Shown piece after piece: positions 1 to 8,202 of a DNA stretch of 64,000 nt (the first letter of the stretch is position 1; every line of letters begins with the position of its first letter). The DNA lies in IMG/VR virus record IMGVR_UViG_3300022745_000017, positions 62,001 through 126,000 of that record; one strand, given 5' to 3'. The translations under genes and the position numbers were made by a program. Below the pieces are notes generated by a model that had not been told where the DNA came from, did no database searches, and saw only the letters and a list, made by a program, of their open reading frames with translations.

Positions 1-1215
1 GATCGCTTCTTGTTGCTCTTTCTCGCACGTCGCACGCACTTCACCATCCACCAAGATCGCTTCCACGAAGTGCGCGTATTGACGCATTGCCGTGGCTTTG
101 GCTTGATCGAAGAGGTAATCGTTGCGGGTTTGTGTGTCCGCGATCAGCGCTTCCGTGTAAGCCTTTTCCAGCTCACTGACCCAGCGGTAGCCGCTGTCGG
201 CGTAGTCCTGGATGGTGCAGATGCGCAGTTGCAGACCAATGCCTGTGTCCTGACCCAAGCTGATGATGCGGGGTTGGCCACGCAGGAACTCCTTTTGGTA
301 AGACTTCAAGTCTTCTACCGTGACGGAGTTGTAAGTGCGGCGAGCCAGTTGAGCACACTGACGCTTGGTGAGCGCTGTCAGATCGATCTGGTGCATGCGC
401 TGCGGGAACATCTTACCTGTCGAGACGTGTGTGCATTTGTCGGGATCGACTGTACAGGCTCGACTGTATTTCACGCCATTGGGCCAAGTCGCTGCGGCAA
501 TGGCAGTCACCAAGGCATCATGATCAAGCAGCTTGATGTGGCTCATCAGTGTTTCCACCGGGACATTCAAGGTAGACTCCTTGATATGTCGCATGATGAA
601 TCGCATCACTTCTGCACTGAAGTAAGAGCGCACATTGGAGAAGATCGCCCCAAAGGTTTGGCGACCCAGCGTAGCGCGCTCTTCGACGATCAGGCGATGC
701 AGCTCCAGCAGCTCACCTTCAGTGGCTGGCAAGATCGAGACACAAAAGCCCGAATGAGGCAGGGGTGTCCACTTGGGCGTGCCCAGGCCCAGGCGCTTGG
801 TGACGATGTCAGCCAGTTGTACTGAGCCAGTCCCACCTGAGGTGTTGACACTGCGCATCTGGATGAGGTCGCCTTCGTACTCGATCTCTTGCCGCCAGTC
901 GCTGTTTTTGTCTTCAGCCGATTTGACGAATCGGTCGGCGTGGGTGGTGGTGTAGGAGCCGTTGTTAACAGCACTGATCCATTCCCGCCCATCCTGCGTC
1001 CGCCCGAGCTTTTCGAGCAAAGCGGTGTTGCCCAGGAGCACACGGTAGCGCGTTTCAGAGGTCGTGGGAATAAAAAGCGTTTCAAAGCCCTTGACACCCT
1101 TGACATCATCGGAAAACAGTGGCGTCTTCGTGCTCCAGGTGATGTTCTTTCCTTCGGCGATGGGCGGTGTATCGTCGCCAGTGGGCACAGTGTTGGTATC
1201 GGTTTGATTGTTCAT
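1..1215 (-). CDS. Conserved phiKZ-like core protein (gp77-like by synteny), partial, runs off the window start; absent from the supplied ORF track
   Basis: Hand translation: ATG at 1215, open to position 1 (MNNQTDTN...PKWTPLPHSGFCVSI...ATWPNGVKYSRACTVDPDKCTH...MRQYAHFVE). The 10..825 + ORF is its antisense shadow. Confidence 0.85.
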   Translation of the reverse strand, partial: MNNQTDTNTVPTGDDTPPIAEGKNITWSTKTPLFSDDVKGVKGFETLFIPTTSETRYRVLLGNTALLEKLGRTQDGREWISAVNNGSYTTTHADRFVKSAEDKNSDWRQEIEYEGDLIQMRSVNTSGGTGSVQLADIVTKRLGLGTPKWTPLPHSGFCVSILPATEGELLELHRLIVEERATLGRQTFGAIFSNVRSYFSAEVMRFIMRHIKESTLNVPVETLMSHIKLLDHDALVTAIAAATWPNGVKYSRACTVDPDKCTHVSTGKMFPQRMHQIDLTALTKRQCAQLARRTYNSVTVEDLKSYQKEFLRGQPRIISLGQDTGIGLQLRICTIQDYADSGYRWVSELEKAYTEALIADTQTRNDYLFDQAKATAMRQYAHFVEAILVDGEVRATCEKEQQEAI

Positions 1216-1231
1216 GATGACGTTCTCCTGA

Positions 1232-1738
1232 TCAGAGTTGGCTCAAAAGAGTGGGTTGTTGTTTGGCGCGTTTGGTGGCTGCCACAGTTTTCTCAACGAT
1301 CAGCAGTTGCCGCGTCAGATCCACAGTCAACGGATGCATGACTGAGTTATAAAACATTTGCAGGTCGGCGTATTCTTGGCCTAATGCAAGGGCCTCCATG
1401 TTCTCGTCGGCATTGACAGCTGCTCCCTTGCGGTCAGTGTGTTTGTCACGCAAGGCGTACAGCCTGTCTCGGTATGTTTCATACTGAGCGTCCAGCGCTT
1501 CGACGACTTCACGCAGAGCTTGTGCGTTGGTGATGAGGGGAAGCACTTCCTGATCTTTGATGAAATCACACGCAAGCATCAGGGATTCGGTCACACGCGA
1601 GAAGCACTCCATCTGGATGTCTTTGAGGCCATTGACCTCATCCCAGATTTTCACACGGGTGTAGACTTGTTCTTTGGGAGGGCGTTCTTCCTTGGATTGG
1701 AGGACGCGCTGATGGACTTTGGACATACGAGAAGACAT
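1232..1738 (-). CDS. Hypothetical helical protein (gp78-like position)
   Basis: ORF track 1232..1792; start moved to MSSRMSKV, which follows an AT-rich intergenic region. Confidence 0.75.
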   Translation of the reverse strand: MSSRMSKVHQRVLQSKEERPPKEQVYTRVKIWDEVNGLKDIQMECFSRVTESLMLACDFIKDQEVLPLITNAQALREVVEALDAQYETYRDRLYALRDKHTDRKGAAVNADENMEALALGQEYADLQMFYNSVMHPLTVDLTRQLLIVEKTVAATKRAKQQPTLLSQL

Positions 1739-1857
1739 GGTGTGTAAACTCCAAGTTAAAATAAAGAGGTAAAACGCGCAATCCGCGTACACCTAGACCA
1801 AAAGATTGGTGCTTGGTTAATTTTTTATAGTACATCCACTGCGAAGGAACTCTCCAA

Positions 1858-2715
1858 ATGTTAGACCGCGAAGAGCTTTTCACTTACCTCTCACACGCCA
1901 CAGATGACACGGACATGGTGCTGACGCGTGCGTCTTTCGATGTGTTTGACAAGTATAACTTACCCGACTACATGGACATGTACGACATGATGGTTGGGGA
2001 GAGTGAGGACAAGTCCAACGAAGATTTCATCGTAGGCTTTCGAGCATTGACGGTCTCTACTCTCAAAGGCCTTTTGCGCATACAGGGCATCACCGTCAGT
2101 GATGAGGCACTATGGAACCAGGTCATCGATCTGTGTAACGCTGTGTTTGATCTGCCTTACTTTGAAGACAAAGAGAGCATCCTGGCGATCACGACGCTCT
2201 CGCTCAATGCCAATGAGACACTCGCCGAGATGCTCAAGGTATCGGCTTCTCTTTCTATCGAAGAAACACTGACAGTGTTAGAGACGGTAGAAGACAGTGT
2301 GATCGAGCGGCTCATCGAATTGCTTAACGGCGATGGGACTGTGCAAGAAGAGATGTCAGAAGAGCGGATCAAGGTGATCGATCAGTGTGTGAAGGTCTAT
2401 AGTCAGTACAAAAACTACTTAGATCAAAAGCCTTGCTATGCGGACATTTATACTGTCAACCCAGATGCAATTGGGCATCCTTTTGATATCTATCTCAAGC
2501 TCTATCTCCAACATGTCGTGGCCAAGATGAATCCGGTTGACACAGGCGTGGTGGCTAGTGATCTGGTGGCGCTGGCTTGTTTGAGTTTAGAAGGCTATAG
2601 CAACCCCATGCAAGTCGCTAAGGACGCTGTTGAGCAAATCACACCTGACATCAATTTGACCACACAGCTGAGTGTGCGCATTGGCGAGATCTGCGGGGAG
2701 GCTTTCCGTGACTAA
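1858..2715 (+). CDS. Conserved phiKZ-like protein, probably virion-associated (gp79-like position)
   Basis: 285-aa acidic ORF, AAGGA upstream, directly before the RNAP subunit gene. Confidence 0.75.
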   Translation: MLDREELFTYLSHATDDTDMVLTRASFDVFDKYNLPDYMDMYDMMVGESEDKSNEDFIVGFRALTVSTLKGLLRIQGITVSDEALWNQVIDLCNAVFDLPYFEDKESILAITTLSLNANETLAEMLKVSASLSIEETLTVLETVEDSVIERLIELLNGDGTVQEEMSEERIKVIDQCVKVYSQYKNYLDQKPCYADIYTVNPDAIGHPFDIYLKLYLQHVVAKMNPVDTGVVASDLVALACLSLEGYSNPMQVAKDAVEQITPDINLTTQLSVRIGEICGEAFRD

Positions 2716-4015
2716 GCAAGACTTCTATAAGCAAGCCCTAAAGAGTGGCTTGTACATGAATCTGCCATGGCTCATCTCCTGCTTTGCAGTCACGTCAGAA
2801 GAGCCAGAATCCTGGAAGGGCAACCCTTATCCTTACCGCGTTGTGAGGATGCCAACCGGAATGTTCTTTGTACACCCAACGACAGGTGTGCTAGAGCAGA
2901 TTGAGGGAGGTGATCCAACCAAACCACTGATCGATTTGTACGAAGAGCTCCCTGTGAGTCCCGAGGAGTGCATCATCGTCAAACAACCGATCGTGACAGA
3001 TTACGCTTGCTTGTTGTTGAACTACTTGACTCTGGTTTACCCCTTTGGCAATAAGTTAGAATTCATCAACGTGTACTTCGATATCCCTTACATCGAAGAC
3101 TTGATTGCGGGTCGTCTCAAGACAACACCTGATAAAGAGTCTGACCGACTAGAAACTGAGTTTTATGTCGATGAGTTCTTGAAGTTAGGCGAAGCTTGTG
3201 ACTTCATGCGGGGCTTAACGCAGGTGTGCTGCTGGGCTGGCACGGAGAAGTCGCTCTCCACTCACCCCGATGTGCCTAAGCGAAAGGCCGAGCTGTTCAA
3301 ACAATTTGAAGGTCGCTTAGACGATCCGATCGTCATCGCTTTCATCTCAGCTGAGCTCATCAAGCTCGACAAAGAGCACACCAAGGGCGACCCATGTGAG
3401 GACTTCTATCTCAGCAAGAAGTCACGAGAAGTCAACCGCGCTAAACTCTTCTTGATGGGTGGCGCTGAGTCCGGGTTGTCTGACGATGTGACTCGCGTTG
3501 CACTCATCAAGAACAGTCTGATTGAAGGTGTGGATATCAAGGATGTCCCCGTCAAGATCAACTCACTGCGGGCGGCTTCCTTTAACCGTGGTGCGCAAAC
3601 GGTGCTTGGTGGTGTGTCGGTTAAAGAGCTGCTGCGCGCACTGGCTAACTTGCGTGTCAAACAAGGTGACTGCAAAACTGTCGTGGGGTTGGAGTTCTTT
3701 GCTGATGCAAATAACGCTTTCCGTTTGGTCAATCGGTATCTGATCGACGGTAGTGAGACGGTGTTTGTCGAGAACCAGCAACAAGCTGAGTCCTACATCG
3801 GCAAGAAGCTGATGGTGCGTTCTCCGCAGTATTGCTCGTTTGGTGTGACTGACTTCTGTAGTGTCTGTGTGGGTAGTCTCTTGGCTGCTAACCCAATGGC
3901 TCTACCGATTGCTGGTTCTGACATGGGCTCTACGTTCTTGTCGATCTATCTGGCGATGGCTCACGGCAAGTCTACGGTGACAGAGTCTTTTAATTTAAAA
4001 GATATCTTGCACTGA
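2708..4015 (+). CDS. Split beta'-like RNA polymerase subunit (phiKZ gp80-like, virion RNAP)
   Basis: Bridge-helix-like SLRAASFNRGAQTVLGG, then DCKT..GL and the Zn site VRSPQYC...FCSVCVG as in RpoC. GTG start at 2708 with GGAG 7 nt upstream. Confidence 0.9.
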   Translation: MTKQDFYKQALKSGLYMNLPWLISCFAVTSEEPESWKGNPYPYRVVRMPTGMFFVHPTTGVLEQIEGGDPTKPLIDLYEELPVSPEECIIVKQPIVTDYACLLLNYLTLVYPFGNKLEFINVYFDIPYIEDLIAGRLKTTPDKESDRLETEFYVDEFLKLGEACDFMRGLTQVCCWAGTEKSLSTHPDVPKRKAELFKQFEGRLDDPIVIAFISAELIKLDKEHTKGDPCEDFYLSKKSREVNRAKLFLMGGAESGLSDDVTRVALIKNSLIEGVDIKDVPVKINSLRAASFNRGAQTVLGGVSVKELLRALANLRVKQGDCKTVVGLEFFADANNAFRLVNRYLIDGSETVFVENQQQAESYIGKKLMVRSPQYCSFGVTDFCSVCVGSLLAANPMALPIAGSDMGSTFLSIYLAMAHGKSTVTESFNLKDILH

Positions 4016-4047
4016 TATTCTATAGACGTTTTACAAGGAGAACGATC

Positions 4048-5031
4048 ATGCCTGAATCCTCTGACGACATCGAACAAATGTCCACCGAAGAGCTTGAAAA
4101 AGCTACAGCACCGGAAGAAACACTGACTCCAAGGGTAGAATTCCCTGTGGTTGGTGAACCAGAGCAAATCAAGCTCCCACAGTCTGTGGTCGACACGATC
4201 AAGTGGTTCTGTGAGAGGCCGCTAGTTGAGCTTGGTTCACAAACCGGTCAGCCAGTGGTTGTACCCGGAACCGTTGACGAGCCGCCTTTCTCGCCCCGTG
4301 GAAACATTGCGCCTGTACTGACTTCGGATGACCCGCAGTTTACCACCGCCGATAAGCCGGCTGAAGACCAAATCGCCTATGCGCGTGGCCTGACTCCGCA
4401 CGTCGTACAGATCGATGAATCCCCTTTTCAACCCTACCCATCTGAAGGAACTACCGTGAACCAACCTGAACAACTCACCCAGCCCGAAGAAGTCGAAGCC
4501 GCCCTGGCCCAAGAAGCCGTGCAAGCCGCTGTAGAAGTCGCTGCCAAAGTCTTCGAGAACAATGAGTTTCCAGCAGCTGTCAACGAGTACCTCGACAGCT
4601 TGCAAGGCAGCGACAAGTTCGAAGTGATCCATCTCTTTGAGCGCTTGCGCGAATACGTCAAGGGCATGGATCTCAAGAACGTCCAAAACGCTCAAACTGG
4701 CGCAGCCCATCAGCACACGCTGTTCAGCGCCATCATGCAGTTGTTTGAGCGTGTCGATTCGCAAGACTTCCGCACCGCCTTCACCTACGTGCGCCAAGTG
4801 TTTGCTCATCACCAAAAGACCATCTTCAGCTCCGACGCTGCGATGCGCTTTGTGGCCAACATGGATCTGGAAGCCAGTGAAAAAGACAGCTTCACGCGCC
4901 TGCTGATGCTGCTGATGCGCACCACCGGCAGCGACTACGCCTTGGCCGTAAAGAGCCTGAACCTGGGCCGCTGTATCGCTGGCCTGAGCGAAGAAGCACA
5001 GATGCGCGTGATCTCGTACTTCAAGAACTGA
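4048..5031 (+). CDS. Hypothetical protein with Pro/Glu-rich N-terminus and helical C-terminal domain (gp81-like position)
   Basis: 327-aa ORF, AGGAG RBS, C-ending codon bias. Confidence 0.8.
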   Translation: MPESSDDIEQMSTEELEKATAPEETLTPRVEFPVVGEPEQIKLPQSVVDTIKWFCERPLVELGSQTGQPVVVPGTVDEPPFSPRGNIAPVLTSDDPQFTTADKPAEDQIAYARGLTPHVVQIDESPFQPYPSEGTTVNQPEQLTQPEEVEAALAQEAVQAAVEVAAKVFENNEFPAAVNEYLDSLQGSDKFEVIHLFERLREYVKGMDLKNVQNAQTGAAHQHTLFSAIMQLFERVDSQDFRTAFTYVRQVFAHHQKTIFSSDAAMRFVANMDLEASEKDSFTRLLMLLMRTTGSDYALAVKSLNLGRCIAGLSEEAQMRVISYFKN

Positions 5032-5054
5032 TCCAGCCGATCTGGTAGTGTACT

Positions 5055-5096
5055 GTACAGGCAGAGGCGCTAGCGCCTCTGCCTGTACTTATGCCC
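5055..5096 (+). terminator. 34-bp perfect palindrome followed by TTATGCCC
   Basis: gtacaggcagaggcgc-ta-gcgcctctgcctgtac at 5055-5088. Confidence 0.7.
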
Positions 5097-5109
5097 ATTA
5101 TATTTCAAA

Positions 5110-5119
5110 CACATATCAC
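5110..5119 (+). promoter_or_regulatory. Putative early (virion-RNAP) promoter CACATATCAC
   Basis: The same 10-mer occurs at 10070, 46635 and 47988, with CACATATTAC at 34141. It resembles the phiKZ early consensus TATATTAC and always precedes accessory genes. Confidence 0.7.
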
Positions 5120-5170
5120 TCTTGTGAGCACATGGGTAACTGTGCTTACTTACTGTAGTAAAGGAAGAAA

Positions 5171-5731
5171 ATGCGAAATCTAAATTGCACTATTGATGTC
5201 TCATATTTTAGTGATGTTAGTGGTCCCGCGCCCTGGCTGTTACCTCATCTGGACTGCGGCATGGGATCTATTCTGCGACTACCTCTTACCGAAGTTATGT
5301 TTCCAAAGATGAGAAGTGCTGCGATTGACTTTCAGCAGAGTCTCATCAAAGGCAATGCGCTAGACGCCGTGGGGAAAATTCTCTTATGCCTAAATGAATG
5401 GGATGAGATTGAAATCTCTGCTTACGCAACGGTTGGATATAGTTGGTTAGCTAGTTGCTATGCTAAAACACAGAGTGTGGCTGACAAGTTTCTAGTGAGT
5501 GGGCAGTATATTCGCAAGGAGCTATCTGATTATTACAACCATATTTACGCTGTGTGGCGCGATAAACAAACCAATGATGAAACAATAGAGAGTCTGTACA
5601 ACCGTGTTGGGAAGGCGCTTCGAAATATGTTGTTCATGGTCTATACCCTGACCAACAACAATGAAGCGCTGGCGACTACGCTTATGGGGGAGTATGTAGA
5701 TACCCTAGCTGAGCAATTAGCCAAAGCGTAA
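5171..5731 (+). CDS. Hypothetical protein (AT-rich moron-like insert)
   Basis: 186-aa ORF with its own promoter, AAGGA RBS and downstream hairpin. Confidence 0.7.
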   Translation: MRNLNCTIDVSYFSDVSGPAPWLLPHLDCGMGSILRLPLTEVMFPKMRSAAIDFQQSLIKGNALDAVGKILLCLNEWDEIEISAYATVGYSWLASCYAKTQSVADKFLVSGQYIRKELSDYYNHIYAVWRDKQTNDETIESLYNRVGKALRNMLFMVYTLTNNNEALATTLMGEYVDTLAEQLAKA

Positions 5732-5743
5732 TTACTCACGGTG

Positions 5744-5776
5744 CTGATACCTCGGCTAACTTAGCCGAGGTATCAG
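5744..5776 (+). terminator. 16-bp inverted repeat
   Basis: ctgatacctcggctaa-c-ttagccgaggtatcag just after the stop codon. Confidence 0.65.
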
Positions 5777-5794
5777 TGACTTATTTGATCCTAT

Positions 5795-5871
5795 TTTTCT
5801 TCAGTCACATATATCGGTAGTGAGTTGGTAATGATGCTACGCTGACTCATATCCTTTAATGCATCAAGGAG
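5795..5871 (+). ncRNA. Conserved promoter plus pseudoknotted 5' leader, copy 1
   Basis: P1 5821-5828/5842-5849; loop TGATGC 5832-5837 complementary to GCATCA 5861-5866; GGAG 5868-5871. Homologous to 12967-13037 and 59450-59526. Confidence 0.65.
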
Positions 5872-5878
5872 TTCTATC

Positions 5879-6322
5879 ATGGCTACAAAGTTTTCCCTGA
5901 GTGCAGCAGACTTCTGCTTGTCTGAAGAGCAAATCGCTGCTGTCAATCTGACCGTGGAAATGGGAAGCGAGGCTTCGGCCCGCTTCCATCAGAAGTACGC
6001 TGCTTTGCGAGTGGTGCTCTTGCCGGCATTTGTGCCGGCGCGTTTGAAGGCCCTGCGTGATGTCGGTGTCCAAGCCGTCCCCGTGGAAGCAGGCACAATT
6101 GAAGTGCACCTTCCACTCATCGCATGGCTGAAGGCCAGTCCTAGCTGGGATGTGCCGGCAGTGCCAGCCCCATCGAGCCGGGGTTACACTCGGTCTACGA
6201 CCACTTCACTCGGTGAAGTGGTTACAGTCATTGTGGTCGCTGCGGTGTGTTACGCCGCCATCTTCTACATCGCGCGCGGCATCGTCCGCGCGCTCGACGG
6301 TGAGCATGACCGAGCAGCCTGA
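5879..6322 (+). CDS. Hypothetical protein with C-terminal transmembrane helix
   Basis: 147 aa; hydrophobic VVTVIVVAAVCYAAIFYIA; GGAG RBS. Confidence 0.75.
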   Translation: MATKFSLSAADFCLSEEQIAAVNLTVEMGSEASARFHQKYAALRVVLLPAFVPARLKALRDVGVQAVPVEAGTIEVHLPLIAWLKASPSWDVPAVPAPSSRGYTRSTTTSLGEVVTVIVVAAVCYAAIFYIARGIVRALDGEHDRAA

Positions 6323-6323
6323 G

Positions 6324-6385
6324 CTCACAGCTACAGGGATTGCCCCTGTAGCTGTGAGGAAAACCCTAGCGGGTTTTCTTTTTTT
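6324..6385. terminator. Tandem hairpins between convergent genes
   Basis: ctcacagctacaggg/ccctgtagctgtgag, then gaaaaccc-tagc-gggttttc plus a T-run. Confidence 0.7.
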
Positions 6386-6392
6386 CTTCTTC

Positions 6393-8078
6393 TTACATTG
6401 TTGCAATCATTTTGTCATAGGCTTGTACGATTTGCTCAAGGGTCGGGGCTCCGCAGATCAGTGTCACAATCTCAACAGCGTTAGTGCGTCCAGCAGACAG
6501 ATTGATGGTCTGCATGCGCTGCAAATCCTCAGAGATGCCTTCGATACGAATAGGCTCCTTAGAAGTCGTTTGCTTACACATGTTAAACACACACTGCCCA
6601 TTAGGGTAGCTGCCTGAGACATCTAAGTCAAACACAAAGATACGGATGTTAGTCCGCAAGTTTTGGTTTTCTAAGACGCACTTGAGCCCGTTGTCTGCCA
6701 CCATGTGAGACGGTAGCATAACGATCCAACCATCGATGCCAAGTGTCTCATCGTCAAACTCATCAGCCATCTCTTTAGAGGTCGTGGCCATGACGTGGCC
6801 GCGCTTTAAGACAAAGTGGTGTAGAGCGTCAATGGTGCGCTTAGGCTGAGATGGGAACTTCTCAAAGTCCGTACAACCTGCAAACAGTGGGAGCTGAATA
6901 GCCATGTCTTTGGTGACATCGTCGAGCTCCTCCATAATGACTACGTCACCTTGGTTATAGATGATGTACTCAAGTGGGTGGTACTTTTGCATGAATTGGT
7001 GTTTAGCCAACCCTTGGTATTTCTTAGCTGGTTCGAACTCAAGTTTGCTGGCCTTGGTGTTCTTTCTCACCAAGGCATCTAGGCCATAGCTAGGCTCCTC
7101 AGGTGAGCCTTGACGGCACTGATAGTAGCCGCACATCTGGTCGATGATGTAAAACGACGCAGGTGCGATCACTGTGTTCCAGCGATGCACGGGCTTGAAG
7201 TTCATGCGCTTGTTAGCGTTGGTAATGCGGTTAGCTTTACCTTCGATGAACTCGTAGTAGCGATAGCTAGCTGGAATGCTTGGGTCACTAAAGAGGTCTT
7301 CTAGCTTGACGTTAGCGCGAGCACATGCTTCTTGAATACGCCTGATGTCAAAGACCATGTTCCAGATACCTAGGAAGTCTGGTTTGATCTCGTGCGCTTT
7401 ACCAATAGACTTTTGAACGACTTCAATTTCTGTGTCGCAGAAGACGTAGTGCAGCGTAAGGTTGCGCCGCTTGATCAAGTCGCCTAAGTGCTCAGCAGCT
7501 AGGGCGCGTAATCTCTCTTCGACATTGGTGTAGCCTGCTACAAACCGCTTTTGTACATACGTGTAGACATTTGTCTTATGGCTGATAGAAGCCATCAAGA
7601 TGTGATTCTTGGTGTCGTAGTGCACGACATCAGTCTCGGTGTCGTACCCCGCAAAAGTATAAGCCGTGTTAAGGCCGTACTTGTCTAGGTAAGACTGTTT
7701 GAGCAAAGATGTCGAGCTGATGTCTGCGCCGTAGATGTAGGGAGACTTCTGTAAGTCACGCTGTGAGCCTCTAAACCACGGCATCTCCATAGAGGTAGCC
7801 ATCGAGCGCACCAGCCTGGTTTGAGTAGACTCGTAGCGATTGAGTCTCTCAATTTCCTCCCACTCTTTCTTATCCTCGTGATTGCGAAAGCCTTTCTTGG
7901 TAATGTAGTATGGGCGTTTATAGTTTAGAATCTTGCGCAGGTAAGGCACAATGGTGCCATCGTCTAGGTGGATCTGTTCTTTGACGACATGAACATCGTC
8001 GTCTGTTTCCTTATTTTTTACACAAATAGCAAAGCGGCACTCAATGCCGCGAATACGAGATGGGTCGATTTTTGACAT
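6393..8078 (-). CDS. N-terminal subunit of a split family-B DNA polymerase (3'-5' exonuclease plus palm motif A; phiKZ gp82-like)
   Basis: ExoI GYDTETD, ExoII WNMVFD, ExoIII YNQGD, then motif A-like DLDVSGSYP. The ORF ends before motifs B and C. Confidence 0.85.
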   Translation of the reverse strand: MSKIDPSRIRGIECRFAICVKNKETDDDVHVVKEQIHLDDGTIVPYLRKILNYKRPYYITKKGFRNHEDKKEWEEIERLNRYESTQTRLVRSMATSMEMPWFRGSQRDLQKSPYIYGADISSTSLLKQSYLDKYGLNTAYTFAGYDTETDVVHYDTKNHILMASISHKTNVYTYVQKRFVAGYTNVEERLRALAAEHLGDLIKRRNLTLHYVFCDTEIEVVQKSIGKAHEIKPDFLGIWNMVFDIRRIQEACARANVKLEDLFSDPSIPASYRYYEFIEGKANRITNANKRMNFKPVHRWNTVIAPASFYIIDQMCGYYQCRQGSPEEPSYGLDALVRKNTKASKLEFEPAKKYQGLAKHQFMQKYHPLEYIIYNQGDVVIMEELDDVTKDMAIQLPLFAGCTDFEKFPSQPKRTIDALHHFVLKRGHVMATTSKEMADEFDDETLGIDGWIVMLPSHMVADNGLKCVLENQNLRTNIRIFVFDLDVSGSYPNGQCVFNMCKQTTSKEPIRIEGISEDLQRMQTINLSAGRTNAVEIVTLICGAPTLEQIVQAYDKMIATM

Positions 8079-8202
8079 GTTTTTAACTTAGAATAGGGTG
8101 GGGATTGGTGATCTATTAGATGTATCCGTTGTTTTAAGTTTTGCACTCAAGCTGGACTTAAAGCATTTTTCATGTTCAGATTTATTTTTCTTTGGTGTCA
8201 AC

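Noticed and set aside
10-825. 271-aa plus-strand ORF, and similar long antisense ORFs (4237-4815, 10937-12028, 21971-22675, 23830-24614)
   Set aside because: They lie opposite convincing genes with biased codon use, have no RBS and show unnatural composition; they are antisense shadows.
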